Positions 48,720-63,060 of a stretch of 64,000 nucleotides of DNA are shown here, one piece after another. The notes under the pieces were generated by a model. It ran no database searches, was not told the DNA's origin, and saw only the letters and a program-made list of their open reading frames with translations. Source of the stretch: the human T2T-CHM13v2.0 reference genome, Homo sapiens. The number at the start of each line of letters is the position of its first letter. The first letter of the stretch is position 1. The stretch is from NCBI RefSeq assembly GCF_009914755.1, contig NC_060947.1. One strand, 5' to 3'. Made by a program: the position numbers and the translations under genes.

Positions 48720-49450
48720 AGTTGTTTGTAATATATGCAGGTACTCCTCCCCCACTACCAGGAAGTGGAGCTTAATCCCTTTCCCCCAATGTGGGCTAGA
48801 CTTAATGACTTGCTTCCAAAGCACAAATCAGAGAAAGAGAAATATAGTAACTTGACGGTGGAGAAACCTGGCTAATACTACATTAATCAAGTGATGAAAG
48901 TTAATATCACCAGTGATGTCAGGGGGATATCATGTATCCTCTAATGTGATGTGATGAGAAGGGCACTTCACCTCTATGATACTCTTCCCTCGAACCCCTC
49001 ACCTTAGTCTAATTGTGAGAGAAACATCATACAGGTCTAGACTGAGAGACTTTCTACAGGATGCCAGGTCAGTGTTCTTCAAGACTTCAAGGTTATAAAA
49101 AATAAGGGAAGTCTAATAGACTGTCACAGACCGGAAAAGACTGGGGAGACAGGACAACTATTTGGCAAAAACTGCAGTTCTTTTTGCACCAACCTAATAA
49201 ATTCAATGTGATATCCTGGATTGGATCCTGGAATATAAAGAGGACATAATGGAAAGAGTAGTGAAATCTAAAGCCTAGAGTTTAGTTAATAGCAATGTAC
49301 TAACGTTGGTTTCTTAGTTTTGACAAATATATCATGGAGGTGTAAGATGTTAGTACAGGAGTAAATTGAGTGAAGGAATATAAGAGAACTCACTTTATTA
49401 TCTGCATTATCTAAAATCATTCCAAAATAAAAAGTTAATTTTAAAAAGTT
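48720..49450 (+). mobile_element. L1MC/L1MD-type 3' UTR fragment
   Basis: GGTGGAGAAACCTGGC, ATCCTGGATTGGATCCTGGAA, AAAATAAAAAGTT end. Confidence 0.8.
49161..49197. mobile_element. Half MADE1 (Hsmar1-derived MITE), single TIR
   Basis: TGGCAAAAACTGCAGTTCTTTTTGCACCAACCTAA resembles the MADE1 arm; flanked by TA on both sides. Confidence 0.8.
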
Positions 49451-49599
49451 GGTTGAATCTAAAAAGATGCCCAAAGTCTCAACTCACATTGTGTTGCTGG
49501 GTTAACCGAAATAAATAACACCTTCTCTGGAAATCTGTCCTTGTGACCTTACATACTAAGCCACTGACAGAATTAATGGTACTCTCCTGTGGGTTATGA

Positions 49600-49860
49600 A
49601 ATGAATTATTGCCTAGTGGATATGAGTTTGGACTCCTCGTTCCAGACTGCCAGGGTTTGAAGCCGGTCTCTACCAATTACCAGTTAGGTGACTTTCAGCA
49701 CATTACTTGATCTTTCCATGCTCCAGTTCCCTCATCTGTAAAATATTAACCTACCTCATAGGGCTGTTGTGAGCAAGTAGTTTAAAGTCATACATGCAAA
49801 GTCCTTAGGATAGTGTCTGATACATCGAAAGAACTCAAAAAGTGATAGTGGTGGTGATGA
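49600..49860 (+). mobile_element. MIR
   Basis: CTCCAGTTCCCTCATCTGTAAAAT..ACCTACCTCATAGGGCTGTTGTGAG core. Confidence 0.8.
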
Positions 49861-50605
49861 TGGTGATGTCTCCAAATCATTATTTATGTAACACTTACAT
49901 AAATATCTCATTGCTTATCCCAACTTCTGTTTTAGATGATGAGATCTTTGAGGATAAAACAACGTTTTATTTATCTTTGTATCCCCATGCCTGATAAATA
50001 GTAAGTACTCAATAATTGTTGATTGAATGTATGCTTGGTTTCCTGAATCCTAACTTGTCTTATCTGGGATATGGGTATAAATATGCCTACTGCCAAATTA
50101 CAGGCTTAGCTAGGAGACAGTGATAAATTAGTGATAAATTAATCAGCGTTGCCTGCTCTAAGTTCAGTTAGGGATGCAAACACATGTTTCTGACGTCTCT
50201 CTATTCTCCTCACTGCTGCTGAAACTCACCAGCATATATACTCCAATATATATTTGAATTTATCTGAAAATGATAAAACTCTACATTAAATATAGCTGAA
50301 GACAAGTACTTGGATTCTAAGAAGGTAGGGGTTATAGCAAGACAGGACAATGTAAGAGAATGTGGGATACTCCACTTATGTGGAACATTCAACATATCTA
50401 TCTTCCCTGCAGGCATGAGAGGAGATTAGCTAAATTAAAAAAATACAAACCAAAGTCTGTAAAATGTTCTTGGGCATTCTAGAAGGACAGAGTTTCCATT
50501 TTAGATTTATTATGGTGTTATTTTATTATTGAGAGGGAACATAAATAATTTAAAACGTTTACTAACACGTGCAAGGACTTAATTTTTAAAGACAATGTGT
50601 TGAAA

Positions 50606-50745
50606 GTTGGGCACGATGGCATGTTCCTGTAGTTCCAGCTATTTGGGAGGCTGAAATGGGAGGATCACTTGAGCACAGAAGTTTGAATCCAGCCTGGACA
50701 ACATAGTGAGACCTCTTGTCTAAAAAATAAAATAAAATAAAATAA
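50606..50745 (+). mobile_element. FLAM-type free Alu monomer
   Basis: ~115-bp monomer with (TAAAA)n tail; TSD AAAGA(C/T)AATGTGTTGA. Confidence 0.85.
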
Positions 50746-51123
50746 AGATAATGTGTTGAGAAATGAGTTTTAGTGGTATTGATGGTAATGAATGGAACTG
50801 AGCTTCATTCTGAAATGAATATGACATTGTTACTATAAAATGTGCTGGAAATGAATTTATTTGGGGCTCTTGTTCTCATTTGACAATGCCAAGTTGCACC
50901 CTTTGAGTTGCCTCTTGCCCAGTATCCATAGGAAAGATTTCAAAATCACTATATATTCATCAAATTAACAAATCTTTTTCCAAATTACTCTCTCAGTAAC
51001 TAGAAGGTTATTCACATTGTGAATAGCAATAGCAAGGGTGTTCAAAATGACTGAAGCTACCTGGCCAGAGGACCTTGCCATATGTTTGATAACTTAACCT
51101 TCCCCTTCCCCTTCTTTTTCCAG

Positions 51124-51163
51124 GACAAGCCAAAAGCGCAGCTTACATCTTGGCCACACATTT
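51124..51163 (+). other. Candidate 40-nt spliced exon
   Basis: Branch-like CTTAAC, unbroken pyrimidine tract, CAG acceptor, GTAAGT donor; no transcript evidence. Confidence 0.35.
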
Positions 51164-52392
51164 GTAAGTCCAAATTCTACCCACATAATTTAGGCACCTG
51201 AATTATAGCATTCTATCTTTATAGTCTTTGAATAAAAGGAGTGTTAAAGTAACTCTTGTAAGCACTGTTGCCATTCCATCCAAGGCTGTGAATTACCACA
51301 TGGTCTGGAAGAGAGGGTGGAACCATTATCCTAATTTGGGGGACCAAGCTACCTGGCAGTAGTTGATATAGCTAATTCTTGAACCCTGCTTTTCAGATTG
51401 AATTGCCCAGTGTTGTAATTGACTAGATTTGGCTCATGGAATTCCAGATGCTCTTCTGGTAATTATAGTGCAAGACTGAATTTTCTGTTCTCATTTGTCC
51501 TTTTAAAATACTTTATTCCTCGTTGGTCTCTTTCACCCAGTGTTTAGGGGTTATAACTTTTATGAGTAAAATTTAGTTTTAAGTGGAAGAAAAGTTAGCT
51601 CCTGCTACCATGGTACTAGTTAATCATAAGTTCATAAAAAAGCTAACATACTGGGTCAGAGAGCCAGCATTAAAATTTGATGTGCATGGGGAAAATAAAT
51701 TAAAAAGGTCTGGTAAAAAGCTTGCACTCTGAAGCTTTTTATCTGCCATCTGTCATCTGAGGCATAAACCTGTGCCCTCATGTGTACCCAACTGCAATGT
51801 ATCTCTTCTATGGAAAGCCAGATAATTACAAGTTCCATAGTCCCTTGGCAGATTGAATAAAGGGTTACTTTAATTTCTTTTCATAGGCTCTAGATGTATA
51901 TTGTGTTCTGTAAAGATACTGTACACAGTTCTGTCATATGGCTGACTATAAGCATTGTATAAATTAGTATCTCTGTTTAGCAAGTAGTAACCTGAGATCA
52001 GCTCAAGAGCACATAACGTGTAGTTATCTTTAGGATGTGAGGATGACTTTGATTTTGTTTATCATCATCTTGGTTAAGAAGTATCGTGTACAAATCAAGT
52101 AGTAGACATTCATCAGATGCTTCTAGCCCAACATAAGGGACATATATTCATCTATTCAACCATTCAGTGAGAAGACCAATAACTCATTATCATTATTTAT
52201 GTGCAAAAGAGAAATATGTTTTAGAGCAGTGATAAATGTAGGGACAAGTAGAGAAAATACTTTCTTTAGTTAAGGGACATTTTATATCACAGCTCTAATT
52301 AATCAGGGAATAGATTTGGAACAGATTTAGGTTTCAAAAGGGAAGAGGAAGAATTTGTCATTTAGTAGAGAAAAAGAGAATTTGTAGAGAAT

Positions 52393-52515
52393 TTCTCTTT
52401 TTCTCTACTCTCCTCTGGCTGCATTTAATATTTTTTCTTTATTGTTTCTTTTTGACAATTGGATTAGGCTATGGCTTTGTATGGTTTTCTTTTTGTTTAT
52501 CTTCCTTTCAATTTG

Positions 52516-52516
<1 letters not shown>
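52393..52516 (+). repeat. 124-bp direct copy of 54391-54514
   Basis: Two mismatches on manual comparison; preceded by a 17-bp inverted copy of its start. Confidence 0.96.

Positions 52517-52557
<41 letters not shown>
52516..52557. repeat. (TA)n(TG)n microsatellite
   Basis: TATATATAT followed by a pure TG run. Confidence 0.95.
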
Positions 52558-52558
<1 letters not shown>

Positions 52559-53129
52559 CAGAAATAGGAAGGAAGGAGTTGTTTAGCAAGTTTCTGTAGG
52601 GGAGGCTTGGAAGATGAGGGCCAGGTAATTTCACAAGAACTTTGAGGTTTAACATAAAAGTAAAACAATACATTTTTTAGGTATGACAGAGAACACTATA
52701 TTAGCTGCCTTTGGGCTTTTTACATGTAATTCAAGATCAGTTTTAAAAAATAAAAAAGTTATAATAATTTTATTTAAATAAACAGTTTTAAATAATATGG
52801 AGAGAACGAAATATACTCAGATGAAATGCAGAAGAGTAAAGAGGAGTTTGCAAAGCACTCTATGGATGGTCAACAAATTATAATTTATTGTGGTAATAGG
52901 AAGAGAAAAATTAAAATAATTTAAGGGCTGGCAAATGCAAGGAGTGACAAAGACTAATGTAATTTTATTGTTTTTCTTTGAGAAGAAAAGGATGTGGGAT
53001 GACAGGGTTGCTGGCTTCAAGTTTGGAGATCAGTCAGGTGAGCAGAGGTGAGCATTAGTGATGGGTAATTTTTTTTAGTTTTGCTGAAGAAAGAAAAGGA
53101 TGGAAATTCTTACTCTGTAGAATAAGTAC

Positions 53130-55340
53130 CTTAAAAAGTTTTGTTTTAAAAAATTGGAACCCAAATACACCTATTTTACATGTTCATTTTTGATGAATTT
53201 TGACAAATGTGTACTCCCATATATTTACTACCACAATCAAGCTATAGAACATTTCAATGACCCAAAAATGTTTCCTTGTGCTTTTTTCCTAGTCAGATCT
53301 CCTCTCTGCTTCTGTCCACAGGTAACCCCTTACCCACTTTCTGTCACTATAGATTGGACTTACCGTTTTAGAGTTTCACATAAATGCAACCATATAGTAT
53401 GTACTCTTTTTTGTCTGGATTCTTTTGCTCAGCATAAAGTTTTTGAGATTTATCCATGTCATTGCATGTATTAGTGGTTTATTCCTTATTACGGCAAAGT
53501 AGTATTCCATTGCATAGATATACCACAATTTATCCATTCACCTGTTGATGAGCATTTGGGTTCTATAGTAGTATAATTAAATATAAATTATTTCATGGGC
53601 CTGTTCCTCTGGACTGTGAACTTCTCTAGTGGTATAGCTTTTTAGAAAATTTTCCCTTAAGTGAGACAGTTATGCTTTAAGGAGCTGGAATAGGAGAAAT
53701 GCCCCTTTCTCCAGCTGTGATAAAGCTCTGGAAAGGTCTTTTCCTCTGGAGATTAGGATTTTGGTTATTGAGAAAATTCTAAGCCTATTTCACAGTGATT
53801 ACTCTTCCCTCACTTTTGCCAGAACCATGAATGGACCTATTTTGGATCTTCACCGTGAGAACCTGGTGGGATTCCCGGAGTTCAAGGCCATGAGAGTGTG
53901 CATTCCCCTTAAGACTTGACCCCAAGGAATTTTTTGCTCTTACTGCAGTCCACACTCAGCCTCCAGCAATTAGTCAAACTACCGTTAAGCATTAAGTGTT
54001 CCTACTAGTTTATGGCTCCACCATCTTTTCCCTCAGATAAGTACATCTTGGCTGTGTCTCTCTGGATGGTGCCTGTCTCTTCAGATTTCAAGGTGGTAGT
54101 TTCCTCTGTGATCTCAGTTATCTAACAGGTCCAAGAAGAGCCTTGATTTTCAGTTGGCCTGGGTTTTTCCTTGTTGTAAGGGCGAGGGTGACAACTTCTA
54201 AGCTCTTGATAAGTTGGAGCTAAAACCAGAATTCTCCCTCACCTTTATTTTTGAAAGATATTTTCACTGGGTATACAATTCTAGGTTGACAGCTTTTTTT
54301 CTTTCAAGATGTATTTTCATTGTCTTTAGCTTGGATGCTTTCTAACAAGAGATCTGAAGTGTTCTTTTTTTTTAGTTCCTTTGTACATAATTCTCTTTTT
54401 CTCTACTCTCCTCTGGCTGCATTTAATATTTTTTCTTTATTGTTTCTTTTTGACAATTTGATTAGGCTATGTCTTTGTATGGTTTTCTTTTTGTTTATCT
54501 TCCTTTCAATTTGTTGATATTCTTGGTTCTGTGGGTTTACTGTTTGCATGATTTTGGACATTTTTGACTATTATCTCTTTGAATAATTTTTATATTCCTC
54601 CCTCTATCTCCTTTCTTTCTGGAACTCCAATTAATGGATGCTATCCTGTTAGGCCACTTAATATAGTACAATAGGTCACGGAGTTTCTGTTCATTTTTTT
54701 CAGACTTTTCTTCTGCTTGTCTCAGGTTGGATAGTTTTAATTGCTGTCTTCAAGTTTACTAATCTGTTCTGCAGTATATAATCTACTGTGAATCCCATTC
54801 AGTGAGTTTCTTATTCCATGTATTGTGTTTTTCATTTCTAAACATTTCACTTGGCTTTTAGGTATATTTTTCATTTTCTCCTCATGTTTGTATTTTTCCT
54901 TAAAAATTTGAGCATACTGAGCATATTTTTCATTGCTATTTTTTTATGTATTTGTTTGCTAATTCAATCATCGCTGTGATTTCTTGATCTCTATTAACTG
55001 ATTACTTTTTTCTGCTTATCTGTCAAAATTTCATGCTTCTTCACATGCATGATAATCTTTTTATTGGATGATGTACAGTGTGAAGTTTACATTGTTGAGT
55101 GTTGATTTTAGTTGTATTCCTTTAAAGATTGTTGGGCTTTGTTCCATAGGCAGTTAATGTACTTGTGGATCAGTTTGATCCTTTTAAAGCTTGTTTTAAA
55201 GCTTCTTAAGGGCAGATCTAGATGCGGCTTTAGCCTTGTTATTAAGAAATGATCATGCTGACATCTTTACTGAATGATCCTTGTGTTCTCTGAAGTCTGT
55301 TGATTTTGGCTGGTGGGAGCACTAATGATTTCTAGCCACA
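53130..55340 (-). mobile_element. Composite old L1M fragments (L1ME-like 3' end, 5' UTR-like block, ORF1-like remnant)
   Basis: GATGAATTTTGACAAATGT, GTAGTATTCCATTG, TTTTGAAAGATATTTTCACTGGGTATACAATTCTAGGTTGACAG. Confidence 0.7.
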
Positions 55341-55424
55341 TGTGAGTTCTAGGATTTTTTGTCTCGCCACTCTCTGATATGACCAGAAGGAATAAATTCA
55401 GTGGAAAGTAGGGAGAATTGAGGA

Positions 55425-55477
55425 GGGGAAGAGAGAGATAGAAAAAGAGGGAAGAGGGAGAGAGAGAGAGAGAGAGA
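55425..55477. repeat. (GA)n-rich tract
   Basis: Purine run ending in pure GA repeat. Confidence 0.85.
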
Positions 55478-57449
55478 ACTAAATAGAACAGTAACTAGGG
55501 TATGAGGGTAATTTGCATTTGCCTAACTTGAGAACTCTTTTTCCACTTTTGGCTCTGAGAGGGCTCCAATAAATATGGGTATGATCCTTACTTCCTTACT
55601 GCTTACTTTTTCTTAATTGTGAGTGGATTAACCTGGGAGCTACCCCAATGATGGGGATGAATCTGTATCTACCTTTTGTCCCCTGAAGCTTACCCTAATA
55701 TAGCCAGTAAACCAGGAAATTAGACATAGTTGTTTCAATTTAATGAATCCTGGACAGACTATCCTTAGATTCTTGACCACCTTCTCTATGTGGAGAGATT
55801 TGAGAATATTGCTGACCAGAAAAAGCACTACATTGGGTAGAGGTCTCCAAATATTGAGGTTCTAGAACTGATTCTTCTGTTCTTTGTTGGACTGGAAACT
55901 CATTTGATCCTTCTAGTTCTCATTGAGTTATATGATCTGCAGTCCCTTTCCTCTCAGATAGTATATGATTCTAATATGGAGCAGGTCATATTCCTGGTAT
56001 CTTCAATGACACCAAATTGGAAAGCAATAAGAAAATATTCTGGGCAGTGTGAATCAGGTAGAAGACCATAATTCCCTCTTGTTGTAAGCTGCCAGTGAGC
56101 TCAGATATAAATTGGCCTCTCTGTGCTATAAACTGTAGCATAGTCTCCCATGGGTGGCATATCTGTATCCTGGATTGCTCACTGGGGTTTATCTATCAAC
56201 TGTAATTTGTGTTTTACCTGGTCTCATTACTGTGTCTTTTGTCTTCCTCAATTTTGTTTTTTTTCTTTAACATACTTTTGTCTTTAACATACAGCATACT
56301 TTGCTGTATGCATTCCTGTATGTTACTTCAAAATCTTTATAGAATATGATACTGGTGGCAAGAGATTTAAAAACCTTTATCTAAGGAAACAAATAAGGAA
56401 AAGAGATAAAATAATATCAAATTAAAAATATATCACTTATTCAGATACTTATGTATTTAAATATGTATTTTAAACAAGTTTCTTTATGTGTTTTTCTCTG
56501 AAGACAGCAAATGAAAATCCTAAACTAGAAGGTGAATGGAAGGCTGATAAAGAAAGGAAAAAATGACAGCTAACAAGAGGTGACCATTTATTTTCCATGT
56601 CAAAGGGAGAAGACAGATTCCAAAAGAGATAGAAAATTACCTTGTGTTTTATAGCACATTATATAAGTTGATATTCAGAATGAAGGCAGCTCATTACCAA
56701 GACTAGGTTAAATAATTTTCCCTGATGTTTTACTTGAGAAGGCAGGGCAAAGTACCTTTTTGTTTGGGATTGAAATTGCCAAAAGGTTTTAATGACTTTT
56801 ACTGTGGTGTGAGTTCATGTCTTACCAAAAATATGAGAAATATATTCTCTTGATTTGCATGGCAGATGCATTTCTAATGCCATTGGTAGGCTATGGTAAC
56901 AGAAATACCTTTAATGTTCTATTCTCTTTTAGGGTTCTACAAAAAGCGCATTCTAATGTCACAGGTCCTGGAGGAAGGATTTTTCATTGCAGTCCATCTG
57001 ATGGTTGAGGTGTGATCTTTTCATCTGTTCTTCTGGTGTGACATGCGTATTGGTGTACATGGGTTTTCTGCCATTCAGCATGGTTCAAGTACTTGCTTTT
57101 ATTTATTCTTTCTTCTTGAATTTGACAGACTTTTATCAGGATAAGACTAAATTACCTTCGTCTATGTTGTCTTCTACTCTCCCCACCTTTTACAGCTCTG
57201 TGCCATAATGTGTCTGATTAGATACTCTCATCACTGCTGACAGGTTATCATCATCAACATAGCTAGAGATTTCATGAGAAGCTAGATCTCTGGGTTACTT
57301 ACTTCCCAAAGTGACACCTCTATTCTGAGGGCTTACCTGAGATGAGAGAGCCCTTTTGTTTTTACAAAGTCCTTTTTCTGTTCACTGTTCAAAGACATTG
57401 GCTCTAACAGTTCAGTATAAATCCTGCCAAAGGAAGTGCATAGGGCTAT

Positions 57450-59890
<2,441 letters not shown>

Positions 59891-61019
59891 AAAAATTGAA
59901 ATTAACACCCCTGAAAGAAACAAAAACCACCACGACAACAAAAGAAAGACATTATCTCTAACTCTTTACACATTAGGATGCCCTATTCCTTATCCGAGCC
60001 ATAAGATCTTGTCAGTCTTACTCAAGAGAAGGAGGGATACTCTCAGGATGGAAACATCATCCTGCCTAAATCTTTATAAATGTTAAACTCTTAACTCTTA
60101 AACTCTTCTTGCATTGTTATAATCTGATTGCCTCATCTCTGGGCCCTTGGCTGAGATAAAACCTGATAACAGTTAGAGTTTTTTTGATTTAACTTAATGA
60201 GTGTTTGGATTCTGAGATCTGTTTTAGATTTATTCTTCTTTGTCTCAAACTCAAGTTCTTCAGTGATTTTTCCACTTTACATTTATTAGCCAAGTCAATT
60301 AAAATTTTTCTATATAAGTTACTATAGGATTTTTTTCATTACCAAGGACATTTTAAACAGCATTTATCATGGAATTATTGTGATAGTTTTATGTTCTGGT
60401 TAAGAGATTTGGAGGAATATTATAATCTTTTTAAAAAAATGTTAAGTGTTCTGACATTGTTTTGGTTGGAATACCTTTCTGGATAGATAATTGAGAAATA
60501 AGGAGAAAAGAATGCGCTCAGTTGGCATTTGGAGAAGAAATTATTTCCTTTTCCTTTCTCCATGGGCAAGGAGCATGAGATAAAAATAATCAGAATAAGG
60601 TCCTTAGGTATCGAGAATTTATTAGAATCAGAGCACTTACTAATTCAGAGCAAATGAGATCTATAGATTGTTAATTGCAGCTTGGTGTCTTTTATAAGAA
60701 TGCCTCATGTAGCGAGCACATTGTCCCTTCACTAAATGAGTAGTGATTATCAGGGAGATTACTGTGATTTATAAGCTCATTTTCTTCATTTTACTTTACA
60801 TGTGCCAGACACTGACTCATACAATAGAAAAACAAAACAAGCCTGATTTTAGAAATTAAATGCTTTATTGATTTTTTTACTGTTGCTCACAACAGAAAGT
60901 TATATGGAATTTTTGAGTATATGGTATATAAGTTAAAAAATACATGGTGGTGGTGGGGAAACAACTTTATTGCAAGCTTTAGATTATAAACTAATTTTGG
61001 TATACTACATTTCTGCCAG

Positions 61020-61132
61020 AATCGTAAGAGTGCCACCCAAATGGAGAAGAAATAATATTAATTATTGTTGTGGAAGGAGAAATTATTTTCTTGGGAAAAG
61101 ATTCTACTTTATTCTGGAATGTGCCGTTCTAG
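61020..61132 (+). other. Candidate 113-nt spliced exon
   Basis: ACTAAT branch-like motif, TTTCTGCCAG acceptor, AG|GTAAGT consensus donor; no transcript evidence. Confidence 0.25.
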
Positions 61133-61364
61133 GTAAGTGTGACTTCTATAGTAAGTAGCATGAAGGATTTTCTTTTTAATCTTTATGGAGAAAAAGAGGC
61201 AGTGTGATGAATAATTAGAGAGTCTGATCTGCAAGCAACATGCTACTCCTTATTTTTTAGTAAATGGTTTTTTGTAGCTTCAGATATCAGAGGAATTGAT
61301 TGGATTCTTAAGTTGTTTATACATGCAAGGTTAAGTGGAGAATTTGATACAATTTTTCTGATTG

Positions 61365-61990
61365 TTGAGAGGCAGTAAAACAGGGTAAAAGAGCTTGATC
61401 TCTGCAGCTAGACTCCCTAAATTCTGATCAGAGATCTGCCAGTGTGATCTTGGGCAATTTACTTAGCCTTTCTGTGCTTGAATTCTTCAACTATAAAATA
61501 GGGATGTTGATTAAAATTAAATGAGTGAATATACGTAAATTGAACAGTGTCAAACACATAATAAGCACTAAATAAATGCTAACTATTGCTATCATTCAGA
61601 CTAAATAAGTATGGGTACAGATCTAAGGGCTGATTTGCACTGAACAACTGAAAGAAATGACTTAGAATTTCAACATTTAACAAACATTTTGAAGCAGTCC
61701 ATTAATGTATATGTAATGTTTTAGTGTGAGAAATGTGGCATAGTGAAAAAGGAATCCACCATTTTTGAAGAAACGTTATAGACTTTGAAGTCAGATGAAC
61801 AAATTCATATTCCAGCTCTGTTCCTTGCTGGTGTGTGAACCTAGGGACATTATTTCACCTTATAGAGTCTCAGTTTCCACATCTGTTAAATGCTACCTTG
61901 CAATGTTGTGAGGATTTGTGTTAATATTAATAGATATAGAGTTCTTAGCATAATGCTGGTACATAATAGGAACCAAGCAGTAATTTAGTA
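61365..61990 (+). mobile_element. Two MIR fragments
   Basis: GTGTGATCTTGGGCAATTTACTTAGCCTTTCTGTGC; TCTCAGTTTCCACATCTGTTAAATG. Confidence 0.7.
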
Positions 61991-62099
61991 GTTCTCTTCC
62001 ACCAGCTTGATAGCTAGAATCCTATTTCTTCCAAGTCTGTCTTTCTGTGTCAAAGTAAGGGAAGAGAACAGGGGGAAAGACAATCCACTGTTTTTTAAA

Positions 62100-62412
62100 A
62101 TAGATTTTTTTCTGGAGCAGTTTTAGGTTCACAGCAAAATTGAGTGGAAGGTACAGAGATTTTCCATATATTCCCTGTCCCCACTCATGCGTAGACTTTC
62201 CCATTATCAACATCCCCCACCAGAGTAGTACATTTGTTACAACCGATGAACCTACATTGACATATCTCAGTCACCCAAGGCCCATAGTTTACATTAGGCT
62301 TCACTCTTGGTGTTATGAATTTCATAGGTTTGGTCAAATATATAAAGACATGTATCTACCATTATAGTATCATACAAAGTAGTTTCACTGTCCTAAAAGT
62401 CCTTTGTGCTCC
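62100..62412 (-). mobile_element. L1MC-type 3' end fragment
   Basis: GAGCAGTTTTAGGTTCACAGCAAAATTGAGTGGAAGGTACAGAGATTT. Confidence 0.88.
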
Positions 62413-62879
62413 GCAGATTTTTTACTTTTTCATTTTCTTGTTTTGATGTATGAACACTTGTGATATACTAGTGTGAGATGGCATCCTGTGGGTAGACCAA
62501 GTCATCTCAGGAAGATTTTAGAGATGGTTCTTAGTAGAGTCAACCAGGGTGTTAGTGGCAGGCACTGGGGTACAAATGCAGGATTACCTGACATGGAGCT
62601 GTTGGGCCAAGATGGAGCCTGGTATCCTGAGGGTACACTGAGAGAGAGAAAAATACATCAGTCATGTGTCTCACCAGGAGCAAGAGTCCCATGGAGGTCA
62701 GTATTAGGCAAAGTCAGAGATTTGAGTGGGCAAAAGATGTTGCTGACTTATATCAGCAGGAATGGGGCTCAGGATGGCATGTAGATTTGGAAGGGCAAGG
62801 CAGATTACCAGTTTTTGAGGTTCTAATATACTGCTCAGATTATAAAAGAAAAATCCACAAGAGGATATGTGTGGTGGGA

Positions 62880-63060
62880 ATTAACATTTATTCAGCATCT
62901 ACTATGTGCCGTATATAGTGCTATATTTTGTATATGGTAGGTGTTATTATTTTGCATTTTAAAGATAATAAGATTGGGATTTGGAGAAACTAAGAAACTT
63001 GCCCAAAGTCATAGAGCTAGCAAATGGTGAAGCTGAGATCCAAACCAGACTGTCTTGTTG
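62880..63060 (-). mobile_element. MIR
   Basis: AACTTGCCCAAAGTCATAGAGCTAGCAAATGG. Confidence 0.7.
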
